64,000 nucleotides of DNA, from IMG/VR virus record IMGVR_UViG_3300041407_000094, positions 1-64,000 of that record; one strand, written 5' to 3'. Positions within the stretch are counted from its first letter, which is position 1. Each line of letters opens with the position of its first letter. The notes below the pieces were generated by a model. The model saw nothing but the letters and a program-made list of their open reading frames with translations. It had not been told where the DNA came from and did no database searches. A program made the translations under genes and the position numbers. This stretch comes from a virus. Below, one piece after another: positions 42,414 to 52,702 of this stretch.

Positions 42414-43037
42414 GAGAGTCTTCTGTGAGAAGGGCTGATGTGAGAACAATACAGACAAAAGAAAAGGCCGTCAAGCGGCCTGTGAGGTTTATTTGTGTTT
42501 ATCTGCTTCAGCCATTAATTCCTTAGCAGTCTTCGCAATACGTTCTTTCCAAACCTTCTCAGCCTCTTGCCAAGTATTCCTGTTGTAATTGCAAGGACCA
42601 ACAAGATTGGCTGCTACAAGCATGTATTGGTCAAATCTTGACATTTCATTACCCATCATTCTTACTCGTATTTAGATTTATCACAAGACAATATCATTTC
42701 AGCTTGTCCTTTCCAGTTGAAATTAAGTTGCTCTTGCATATCTTTGTAAGAAAATCCTAGACGTTTCATAGCATGAAGTGCTTCCTTACGAGCTTCAAGG
42801 AAATCCCCCCACCATTTGTATGATTCGTCAAATTGTTTTAGTTCTTGTGTGTTCATACCACTAGCTCCAATTCATGTTCCATGAAAGGCCATTGTGCATA
42901 AAGATCTTCATCACTGCCGACGTAAAATGGATCTATGATGTAGATTAGATCTTCATTAATAGAACTGATTGTGTGTTCAGAACCTACAGTAAAAGCTGTG
43001 TATACAGCCTCAACTATTTTAACTTTATCACCAGTTT

Positions 43038-44414
43038 TCATTTTTGATCCACCTTTACAAATTCTTTGGAGCCGATAACATCATTCCATGCTTCGACCAT
43101 TGCTGAATGTAACAATTCACCTGCACTTGCTCGGCACTGAAAACTGTCATGCCAACACAGAACAACTTCACCAGACTGTAGCATCAAATCAATCACTCGT
43201 AAAGCAATTTCGCTATCAAGATTTTGTAACCAAATACCCTTATCTTGAAAGAAATCCTTAGAAATCAAATGGTTGTGTGCACAAACTACCATTAACACCT
43301 GTTTAGTATCAGGTTTAATCAGCCCAACATACTCACGATCTGCTATGTTTTTCTTACCGTCGGTGAACAATTCATGGGATAGACTAGACCATGCACGATC
43401 AAAACTATCACAATTCAACGCCCTCATAACAGCATGTTTCATAAAGGATCGCGCGGGATTATATTTCTTAATACCAAACCGAAGTTTGTGTTCTTCCACT
43501 GCTACATGGTCCACACGAAGGCATGATTCATCAGCACCATACGGGTCTACATCTTTTGAAACCAAATCAAGAATTTGAGGCTCTTTTTGAGACAAAATTT
43601 CTAGAAGAATTCTTGGGTGGTTTGCTGAATAGTCCCACTCCTGAACAGATTCACCCTCAATTGTGATGGCAGACAAGCGTAATTCTTGAGGAACAAGCTG
43701 AATACTTCCTCCGTGTGCAAACAACCGACCACCACTATTGAAGTCACCACTGAAACTACGATGGTATTCTAGCAAAGGGACCTCTTTACCATTAAATCGG
43801 ATGTCAACACTTGACAAACTCTCATTGTAACGAGCCATTTCCTGAGCCATCTTGTCAATCATGCCTGTTTTCTCTACTTCGATCATCTCTTTTGTCTTCC
43901 TATCTTTCAAAATAATAGGGTAATCCATAGCAACGCTAGGGACGTGTAATTCTAATTGTTTCTTGTCAAACAAGTCAACCAGTTTTTGATTGAATCGGAC
44001 AACACTCATATAAGAAAAGTCTTCATTTCGATAGTCATGACTGCCTTTGAGAACATAAATGTATTCATTTTCGCTCATATAACCAAGAACAGAATTAATT
44101 CCACGAGCACTAATACCACAATCGTTACCTGTCCAGTAGGCAGATTGTAGCTTTACAGAGAAACCCATGTAGTTGTCTCTTAACGATCTTGCTGTATTAG
44201 TGAAGAACCATTGTACTGCTTCAAACTTCTTGTACTTTAATTCTTTGTTCACTTGATCAACAAGATGGTTATATGCTTTGTTTGGTGATCTGTAAGGCTT
44301 ACCTTTAGCTGTAGTGATGAGAACAGAATATAACTCTCTACCAACTAAATCTCTTACCTTATATACTACATCTTTCTTCTCTTTCTCATCTATTATATTA
44401 CTAATCTCACTCAT
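43038..44414 (-). CDS. wHTH + PolA/T7-RNAP-superfamily polymerase-like protein, copy 2
   Basis: GGRLF, motif A EWDYSANH, motif B RSFMKHAV, LQNLDS, motif C CWHDSF; collinear with 10328-11575. Confidence 0.75.
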   Translation of the reverse strand: MSEISNIIDEKEKKDVVYKVRDLVGRELYSVLITTAKGKPYRSPNKAYNHLVDQVNKELKYKKFEAVQWFFTNTARSLRDNYMGFSVKLQSAYWTGNDCGISARGINSVLGYMSENEYIYVLKGSHDYRNEDFSYMSVVRFNQKLVDLFDKKQLELHVPSVAMDYPIILKDRKTKEMIEVEKTGMIDKMAQEMARYNESLSSVDIRFNGKEVPLLEYHRSFSGDFNSGGRLFAHGGSIQLVPQELRLSAITIEGESVQEWDYSANHPRILLEILSQKEPQILDLVSKDVDPYGADESCLRVDHVAVEEHKLRFGIKKYNPARSFMKHAVMRALNCDSFDRAWSSLSHELFTDGKKNIADREYVGLIKPDTKQVLMVVCAHNHLISKDFFQDKGIWLQNLDSEIALRVIDLMLQSGEVVLCWHDSFQCRASAGELLHSAMVEAWNDVIGSKEFVKVDQK

Positions 44415-44573
44415 ACATACCTATCTCCTTCCAAGCCACTATAATAGAAACGCTTTGGTTAAAAAATGATCAGCCCACTAATTAAGTGAAATCCAGACAA
44501 CCATAATCTCACACTCACCCTTCCAAATACAAGGTTGAATTCACTGTTTATTGAGTGGTTTCAGGAGATTTAC

Positions 44574-45750
44574 CTAATCCTCAATCCCATCATCAAAATG
44601 TCTACGGATCAAATACTGTCGCCACTCTTCACTTACTTCATAGTCTTTCTTCGTGTGGTTTTCAAAGAAATACATAGACCAACCACTACTACTAATGATA
44701 CCACCTTCTTGGATAGGCTTTCCCCAAGATTCCTCTACATTCAGCACTTCACCTTCAACGTACGTTGATGCAAGATAGCGTGATTTACTAAGGACAACTG
44801 AGGAATATTTCTTTCCTGAATGTAAATGTGTAACGTACCAAGCTTTAAGGTTGTTCATTCTTCATCCTCCCAATATTCAAGTTCTTCTTCAAACTCAAAG
44901 TCATCATAAGGACCATCAGCTTCCAGTTGAGCTTTACGTTCTGCACGTAGATCAGCTTGATGTCCTTCATCAGAATAGTATTCATCCCAATCTTGTTCGT
45001 TCATATTATTGCCCCTTAAGCCCATAACGGCGTTTGAGTGTAGAGGACGCTAGTCCGTATCCCCTCACCAGTTTCTTTCTGGAGTAGACGTACATCTTCT
45101 ACTGTGATTTGTTTCACTGTAAGTCCTCCCAAATCTTTTTAAGATGTTTCTTCTTGATATCAGGGAATGCTTCAACAATATCCTCAAAGAAAATTCTATG
45201 GAAAGACTTGAAGTACTTGTCAGCCATCCATTGTTCAATCTCTTCAACCAAGGCATCAAATTTCTCTTGTTTCATTTCACTCTCCGAACATTAGCCCAGT
45301 GTTCAACACCAAATTGATCACGTTTAAACTCTCCAGACACCTCACCTTCAAAGGTTACATCAAGCTTCATGTTTGTGCGAACATTCTTCTTATATACTGA
45401 CTGGAAGGTTGTACCTGTGGTTTCGTAGTCCGATACCCAAGGACTGGACTCTTCTGTGATTTCAGAGGCACTGATAGGAAACACTTCAAAATCTTCTGGC
45501 AAGCTCTCAATCCAACTGATAAATTCTTTCTTGTTCATCACTCTTCTCCCTTCCACACTACATCAAACCTCGGCTTACCCTCTAACGAGGGCTTACACAC
45601 ATCAGCTAGCTTCCTGACATACGTATCATAATCCATAAAATTCCCTACGAGGAAGAATATTCCCTGATCATTCATGACAAGCATCTCCTTCTCACGTAGC
45701 TTAAGCTTCTGTCCCGTAGATGTGTCGATTATTTTGAATTTCTTTTTCAT
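44574..45750 (-). other. Small hypothetical ORFs (44574, 44855, ~45113, 45272, 45538)
   Basis: Coupled ORFs with RBSs. Confidence 0.6.
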
Positions 45751-46378
45751 TTGTTATTGTCCAAGTGGTATGGAATTTTAAAGTCGCTCAGGTGGATACG
45801 TTCAACAGTGCCGTCTTCAAATATGACATCAACCTTAGACCATTCATCACAAGGCTCGTTGTAATCCATTTTACGCCGTTGTACTTTGACAGGAACACCA
45901 CCATACAAACCAACATCAGTTAGAAGCTCACTGTGATAACGTACAGTATAACTGCCCCATATTCATCATCAAGAGCTGCAATTGTAGGATAAAACTTCTC
46001 ATCTTCTTTTACCAAGCTTAGGATAAAATCCCTTACTTTCAAGGCTGCTTCTTCAGACACAAATCGAATGTAGACATCACTTTTACGTGCGGATTGGGTA
46101 GAGACAGCAATAGGCTCATCATCCATAAAATACACATTCATACCAACATGGGTATCTGTACACAACCACTGTGTAAGGGCATAACCTTTTACATGTTCAT
46201 CGAAACGTTCGTCCCAACCCAACCACTCATTAATATTCAGAGCTTGACAGAAAGCATCAATATCAGCACTGTCTTCGTTCTTCTCGGAACGGTCTACCTT
46301 GGCAATCAGTTCACGTAGCTTCATTTTTATATCTCCGCATTGGTTGCTGTGTCGATTATTTTGAATTTCTTTTTCATT
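45721..46378. repeat. 31-bp direct repeat flanking a single-gene cassette
   Basis: TGTGTCGATTATTTTGAATTTCTTTTTCATT at 45721-45751 and 46348-46378. Confidence 0.9.
45747..46324 (-). pseudogene. Frameshifted paralogue of 47213-47800
   Basis: Shares WLCTDT.VG..VYF.D.EP.A.S.QSARK; similarity continues in another frame after the G4 run at 45955-45958 to the stop at 45747. Confidence 0.75.
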
Positions 46379-46954
46379 CTACAATCTCAGAAGGTTTGTC
46401 TGGCCTGAAGTTCTCACAGATAGCTTTCACCAAAGCATCCTCTTCTTCATCCATCTTAGCTGCATTCATAAATTTATAAGCCTCAACATCACCTACGAAC
46501 CTAGCTACAATCATCCTGCCTTTGTGTACGGCCCAACGGTAAGGCCTGTGCCACTCATGCAATTCTCTAACTTCCCAAGTGGCCATGTGGCTACCCTCCA
46601 AAGCTTCTATACAGGGATAGGATTTCTTCCTCAGTGTTTCGTTGATAGTGCCGACCTTCAAAAGAAAAATAGAAATACTGACGGTTTGCACAAAAGCCTG
46701 TGGAAATTACACTTTTCATTTACTCAACTCCTTGATCTGCTTTTCGAGCTCGTAATTCAAGATATTCAATTGGTTACGAAGGGTTGTCAAGTGGTCTTGT
46801 AGAACCATGCACTCTTCACGATCTGATGCGCTATTAGCACAAGCTGCCCTTTCAAACTCTTTATAGCAGTAGCCGGTAGCCATCAATTCTTGGTTTACGT
46901 TTGCAATGCCCATTTTGTATCTCCCTCTGTTGGGTTTGTCTTTCAGTAGGTGTA

Positions 46955-47179
46955 ATCTTAACCTCATCACCAACCCCTGTCAACCCTTCCTTCGAAAAAT
47001 CTTCTGACAGAGTGTAGATAAATCTACCAAACAAATTTGCTGGGTAAATCTACTGAATAAATTTACCAAATGGGTTTACCAAAGGAGGGTTTCCCTGAAT
47101 TGAGAGCTTAGAGAATATTTTTAAATCAGTGCGTAATTTTACAAATTACCCTTGACAGGTGTGTAGGAACATGTAAACT
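46955..47179. promoter_or_regulatory. Divergent sigma70 promoters
   Basis: Minus: TTGACA(46983-46978)-17-TAAGAT; plus: TTGACA(47152-47157)-16-TAAACT. Confidence 0.7.
47018..47082 (+). repeat. Five tandem degenerate 13-mers (consensus ~ATAAATYTACCAA)
   Basis: ataaatctaccaa / acaaatttgctgg / gtaaatctactga / ataaatttaccaa / atgggtttaccaa. Confidence 0.75.
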
Positions 47180-47212
47180 GAGGCCAATCGAAAACCCTGA
47201 AGGAGCATAATC

Positions 47213-47800
47213 ATGAAACTTAAAGAAGCCATTCGGCTGGTGAATAAAGACAAGAGTAACACAACTGATGCCGACATTAACGACTTTGCCCGCGCAGTGA
47301 ATGCTGACATCTATATTGGCTGGAGTGACAAATGGAATGAGCGTGTCAAAGGTTACTGGCTTGTTCGTTGGCTGTGCACAGACACTTGGGTAGGTCGTCG
47401 GGTGTATTTCTTTGATGGCGAGCCTGTTGCTACCAGCTATCAGAGTGCCCGTAAAAATGATGAATATATTGAATTTGTCAGTAATGAAGCTGCCGAGAAA
47501 ATTCGTTCATTTATTTTTGAGCTTTATGGTCAAGAAGAAAAACCAGCATATGACATTGTCAATGTTGAAGAGGACATTGAAGATTTCTATCATTTCGACC
47601 TAACTGATTACTTTCTTGAGGATGAAGGTTTTGTGGATGGTAAGCCTGTTAAGATCATTCAGCGTCGCTGGTTCGATGATACGGAAGACAAGCGCTGGGT
47701 TTGCTACCACGCTAAAGTGAAATTTGAGGGTGGAGAAGAACGTGTTGTAAAGGCAGAAGAAATTCATTTTCCACTTCGTATTAGCAAAGATTTCTCTTGA
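47213..47800 (+). CDS. Hypothetical protein (WLCTDT family)
   Basis: AAGGAG RBS; first gene after the promoter. Confidence 0.8.
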   Translation: MKLKEAIRLVNKDKSNTTDADINDFARAVNADIYIGWSDKWNERVKGYWLVRWLCTDTWVGRRVYFFDGEPVATSYQSARKNDEYIEFVSNEAAEKIRSFIFELYGQEEKPAYDIVNVEEDIEDFYHFDLTDYFLEDEGFVDGKPVKIIQRRWFDDTEDKRWVCYHAKVKFEGGEERVVKAEEIHFPLRISKDFS

Positions 47801-48591
47801 CCTCTCACAAACAATGTGACAAGATGCTGTGACTTGTAGAAATGTAAGCAAATAAATTTGAATAATTATTAATGTAACACTATGCAGCGAAAGCTATTCG
47901 AAGAATGGTGGCTGTGGGAGAGATGGGATGAACGCAGCACAAAAGCACATGCTTGAGTATATGCAAGAGGTGGTCAATCAGGAGGATGTTTATTTCTTTG
48001 AAGCATGGAAACAGGTGGAGAATTTTGTGATGGACGCTCTCTGTGATTCAACCGAACAACCAGCCTTGGAGAACCAATATGAAAATTAACAGATATACAT
48101 TTGACAACGGTAAATATGAAGTCCATTCTGCTGACGATGGAAGCTCTTTGGTAGCTTATCGTCACGGTGAGTTCTGGCAGAATATGATCGGTGATAATCT
48201 TACAGCGGCTATGTTGCATAGGATTGATGAGCTTGAAGCTAAGATCAAAGATGTGACTATTCAAGCCTATGAAGAAGGTTTAATGGATGGAGCTAATAAA
48301 TGAGAGTATGTCAATCAATTCAAGAGCTTCTTGACGAAGAGATTAGTCAGATGTGGGAAGGCTTGGACTATGAAGGGCTGAATGTGGAAGCAACCAAAGA
48401 ATGGTTTGCAGGGACAGATATTTTTATTCAGCTTCTAGAGAAGCTTAAAGAGGAGAATAAGCACCTGTCATGATTGATGAACGTATGCAGCAATTAAGTG
48501 AGATGGAAAATAAATTGAATGGGGAGCGAGACAAGCTCGCTTTCGTTCAGGCGCCATTGGGGCTTTAAAGGCAATTAGCTAGGAGAGAATT

Positions 48592-50451
48592 TTGAGTAAT
48601 ATCCGAGAGGTCATATCTCATTATCTTGATATCTCTGGAGATAAGTGTTGCTGCCCTTTTCACAAGGAACGCACACCATCTCTGAATATCTTTGACGATA
48701 CCAATTCATTTTATTGTTTTGGCTGTGGTCAGAGTGGGGATGAGATTGAGTTTGTGAAGGACTACAAAGGTTTGACATTTCCCAACGCTGTTAAGGAAGT
48801 GTGTTCAATTCTGAAATTAACCAAAGAGGAGCTTATGGAAAGTAAAGATAAAGAAAAGGTTGCTGAGAAAGTAGCTATTGAGAATGCTGAAGTTATGGAT
48901 GTTGAAGAAGTTAAATCTCTCATTCAATCCACAGGATATGTGAGTCATGGGTATCGCGGTATCCGAGATGACATTAACAAATTCTTTGGGCATTTGAGTA
49001 AACTGGATAGTCAAGGTAAAGTCCTTGCACGCTACTACCCAGAAACCAATAACAACGGTAAGTTGACAGGTTATAAATGCAGAAACACACCAAAGGACTT
49101 TAGTCACGGAAACCAAGGAATTACTGGCAGTAAGAGTCAACTTAGTGGTCAGGTGAAATTCAAATCCCCCGCTAAATATGTTCTCTATGTTGGTGGCGAG
49201 GAGGATAAAGCAGCAGCTTTTCAGATGCTCAAGGATAATCGTAAGGATCAGGAGTTCGATTCTATTCCTGTAGTAAGCTCAACGGTTGGTGAGTTGACAG
49301 CAGCCAAACAAGCTGCCCAACAATATGACTGGTTTGACATGTACGATATCATCGTAATTGGCATGGATAACGATGAAGCTGGTCGTGCTGCTGCAAAGAA
49401 GATTGCAGACGTTCTACCAAAAGAGAAAGTACGAATTGCTACATGGTCCGGCAAAGATCCAAATCAGATGTTGATTGATGGTAAAGAGAAACAATTTGTT
49501 CGTGATTTCTACAATGCAAAAGAATTCATTAGTAGTGGTATTTCCTCTTCTGGTGACGCTGAAGCTGGTTTGGCTGAGTTCCTGACAGCTCCAAAGATTG
49601 GTCTACCACCTCAACTGAGCAAGCTTGAGGCTGCAATGCGTGGTGGTATCAAATCTACTGGCTCCGTTGTGAACATTATTGGTGACACAAGTATTGGTAA
49701 GAGCTTTCTGTCTGACACTCTGATCTATCATTGGTTGTTCAACAGTCCTCGTGTACCAACAATTGTCAGTCTTGAGCGAACTAAGGAAGAGTTGACAATT
49801 GATTTGCTGTCAATGCATCTTAAGAAAAACCTGATGTGGTTCACAGATGGTCACGATGCTGTGGATTATCTGAATCAACCTGAAGTACAAGTATTGAAGA
49901 ATAATCTTCTTTACAACGAAGCTGGTGAGCCTCGATTCTTTATTATTGATGAGCGGGAAGGGGAGATTGAACTTCTCAAGCGTCAGATGGAGAAAAGTGG
50001 TAAAGTCAATGATTCACGACTGATGGTGATTGACCCACTCACTGACTTCTTGCGATCATTAGGGACAGAGGTTCAAGAAAACTTTATGATGTGGCAGAAG
50101 TTGCAAAAGAAGAATGGTTTTGTATTCATCAACATTCTTCACACCCGCAAGCCACCAACTGATAAAGATGGCAATGTTCGCAAGGTTACGGAATATGACG
50201 CACTTGGTTCTGGGACATTTATCCAGTCAGCAGACGTGAATATTGTGATCAATCGTGATAAGATGGCTTCAGATCCGATTGAGAAGAATACGACCTATGT
50301 TGACATGCCTAAGTGTCGTGGGGGTATCACTGGTGAGATTTGTGCGCTATACTATGACGCTGAAACTCGTCAGCAGTATGATCGTGATGAGTATTTTGAC
50401 CGTAAAGTAGAAGATCCACCGCAACATCATGCGGATGAGATTGATTTTTAA
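48592..50451 (+). CDS. DNA primase-helicase (CHC2 zinc finger, Toprim, DnaB-like)
   Basis: CPFH.ERTPS...CFGC; GGEED and MDNDEAG; KDPN; GDTSIGKS; VIDPL; KCR. Confidence 0.92.
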   Translation: MSNIREVISHYLDISGDKCCCPFHKERTPSLNIFDDTNSFYCFGCGQSGDEIEFVKDYKGLTFPNAVKEVCSILKLTKEELMESKDKEKVAEKVAIENAEVMDVEEVKSLIQSTGYVSHGYRGIRDDINKFFGHLSKLDSQGKVLARYYPETNNNGKLTGYKCRNTPKDFSHGNQGITGSKSQLSGQVKFKSPAKYVLYVGGEEDKAAAFQMLKDNRKDQEFDSIPVVSSTVGELTAAKQAAQQYDWFDMYDIIVIGMDNDEAGRAAAKKIADVLPKEKVRIATWSGKDPNQMLIDGKEKQFVRDFYNAKEFISSGISSSGDAEAGLAEFLTAPKIGLPPQLSKLEAAMRGGIKSTGSVVNIIGDTSIGKSFLSDTLIYHWLFNSPRVPTIVSLERTKEELTIDLLSMHLKKNLMWFTDGHDAVDYLNQPEVQVLKNNLLYNEAGEPRFFIIDEREGEIELLKRQMEKSGKVNDSRLMVIDPLTDFLRSLGTEVQENFMMWQKLQKKNGFVFINILHTRKPPTDKDGNVRKVTEYDALGSGTFIQSADVNIVINRDKMASDPIEKNTTYVDMPKCRGGITGEICALYYDAETRQQYDRDEYFDRKVEDPPQHHADEIDF

Positions 50452-50461
50452 GGAGAAGGTT

Positions 50462-52684
50462 TTGGATAAGAAGTGGTATGAATCAGACTTTATTTACGAT
50501 TTGGAGTCGTACCCGAATGTTTTCTCTATGAGCATCATCCATGCTTCTGGTAAACACATGCGAGTTTTTGAGATTAGTGATCGTAAGAATGAAATTGAAG
50601 GGATTGCTAAATGCTTGCGATATCTGGTTCAGAATAAATGTCGTATGGTGGGATTTAACAATAACTCATACGACTACACTCTTATCCATGAAATCATTAA
50701 ATCTCTGAAGGAAGCAAAGCAAACTGGTAAAGCTCCAAATATTACAGCTCAGAAGCTTTACAAACTCACAACTCAAATCATTACAAAAATGCAGTCTGAA
50801 GATAAGTGGTACGGCATTAAAGAAGCTGACCACTTTATTCAACAGGTTGATTTGTATAAAATTCACCATATGGATAACATGGCGAAAGCTACATCTTTGA
50901 AGATGTTGGAAGTGAACATGCGATCTACCAACGTGGAGGATTTACCCTTTCCTGTTGGTAAGAAGCTGACAAGTGATGAAATTGATATCTTATTGCATTA
51001 TAACAAACACGATGTTAATGAAACTCTGAAGTTCTATTACTACTCTTATGAGGCGATTGAGCTTCGTAAGGAGTTGTCTGAGAAGTTTGGATTTGACTGC
51101 ACAAGTTTTAGTGATAGTAAGATTGGTGAAACCTTGTTTATCAACCGTCTAGAACAAGCTCAGAAGGGTTTGTGCTATGAGTACAGTAAACATGGTGGCC
51201 GTAAGATCAATCAGACCAAGCGTGACAATGTAAAGATTAAAGATTGTCTTTTTGACTATCTGAAATTTGATCGTCCTGAGTTTAGGGCTGTACATGATTG
51301 GTTGAGTAATCAGACAGTGCAAGAAACTAAGGGTGTCTTCAATGATTATGAAGAACATCAGATCGGTGATCTTGCTAAGTATGCTCAGATGAAAACCAAA
51401 AAGGTGTTGTTCAAGAATAGGTTGAATCTCGATAATAAAGATAAACCTAAAGCTGACTTTGATTTTACTGATCTAGATCACTTGGAAGAACTTCAACGTC
51501 TGAAAGATGAATTCTTGAAAGAACATCCTATGGGATATTTTGAAGAGAAGGAAACTAAAACGTCACGCTCTCATAAGCTTAAGGTAACTGCTTTCTATCG
51601 AGTGGTTGAGGCAATTAACACTGTAATTGATGATAAGGTGTACGTGTACGGTACTGGCGGTATTCACATGTCTATTGAAAGTGAGACTGTGAGAGCAGAT
51701 GACGAATGGACAATTATAGACGCCGACGTCACCAGTATGTACCCGTCGATTTCCATTGCCAACAACGTGTATCCTGAACATCTCGGTATTACATTCTGTA
51801 AAGTGTACAAGGATCTATTTATGGAGCGTGGTAGATATCCAAAAGGTAGTGGTCCAAATGGTGCAATTAAGCTAGCATTGAACTCTGTGTACGGTAAGTC
51901 CAACAGTGAGTTTAGTCCGCTTTATGACCCTAAATATACCTTAACTATCACCATTAACGGTCAACTGTGCCTGTCTATGCTGGCTGAAAAACTGATTGAT
52001 CTTGGTTGTAAGATGATTCAATGTAATACTGACGGTGTGACAGCTTTGGTTCCACGCAGTAAGGAAGCTGATTATTATGCAATCACAAAAGAATGGGAAA
52101 AAACTGTTGGACTTCGGTTGGAGTATGCTGTATATTCAATGATGGCTTTGGGAAACGTTAACAACTACATCGCCGTTTATGAAGATGGGAAGGTGAAGAG
52201 TAAAGGTCAGTATGAAGTTGCTCACTTTGAAAAGCTTGGATGGTCTAAAAACCATTCTGCGATGATCGTGCCAAAGGCTGCACTTGACTACATTGTTTAT
52301 GGTAAAGATATTGAAGAGACTATTCGTTCTCACAAGGATGAATTTGATTTTCTTTTGAGGGCGAAAGTACCACGTAGCTCAAAGCTTTATCTTTGTTATG
52401 AGGACGGTCGTGAGGTTCAGCAACAGAACATCTGCCGCTACTATCCATCTGAACAAGGTGGTAAATTGGTCAAGCTGATGCCAGCCTTGATTGATGGTGG
52501 TGAATGGCGTAGACTTGGATTGGACACTGAATGGACGGTTGAGACGTGCAACAACATTGCAGAGTTTGACTGGAATAAACTTAACTATGATTATTACATC
52601 AAGGAGGCTCAAAAGCTGATTGATGGTGTGGGGATGAAAGAAATTGAAAATAATGCTTTACAGGGCCATGAAAACGTGGAATAA
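50462..52684 (+). CDS. Family B-type DNA polymerase with 3'-5' exonuclease
   Basis: Exo DLESY, GFNNNSYD, YNKHDV; Pol DVTSMYPS, KLALNSVYGK, NTDG; TTG start at 50462 after AGGAG. Confidence 0.9.
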   Translation: MDKKWYESDFIYDLESYPNVFSMSIIHASGKHMRVFEISDRKNEIEGIAKCLRYLVQNKCRMVGFNNNSYDYTLIHEIIKSLKEAKQTGKAPNITAQKLYKLTTQIITKMQSEDKWYGIKEADHFIQQVDLYKIHHMDNMAKATSLKMLEVNMRSTNVEDLPFPVGKKLTSDEIDILLHYNKHDVNETLKFYYYSYEAIELRKELSEKFGFDCTSFSDSKIGETLFINRLEQAQKGLCYEYSKHGGRKINQTKRDNVKIKDCLFDYLKFDRPEFRAVHDWLSNQTVQETKGVFNDYEEHQIGDLAKYAQMKTKKVLFKNRLNLDNKDKPKADFDFTDLDHLEELQRLKDEFLKEHPMGYFEEKETKTSRSHKLKVTAFYRVVEAINTVIDDKVYVYGTGGIHMSIESETVRADDEWTIIDADVTSMYPSISIANNVYPEHLGITFCKVYKDLFMERGRYPKGSGPNGAIKLALNSVYGKSNSEFSPLYDPKYTLTITINGQLCLSMLAEKLIDLGCKMIQCNTDGVTALVPRSKEADYYAITKEWEKTVGLRLEYAVYSMMALGNVNNYIAVYEDGKVKSKGQYEVAHFEKLGWSKNHSAMIVPKAALDYIVYGKDIEETIRSHKDEFDFLLRAKVPRSSKLYLCYEDGREVQQQNICRYYPSEQGGKLVKLMPALIDGGEWRRLGLDTEWTVETCNNIAEFDWNKLNYDYYIKEAQKLIDGVGMKEIENNALQGHENVE

Positions 52685-52702
52685 TAGATCTATTGAAAAT
52701 AA

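Noticed and set aside
51380-51620. Possible intein in the DNA polymerase
   Set aside because: Charged segment lacking the C/S start, HN end and LAGLIDADG blocks.
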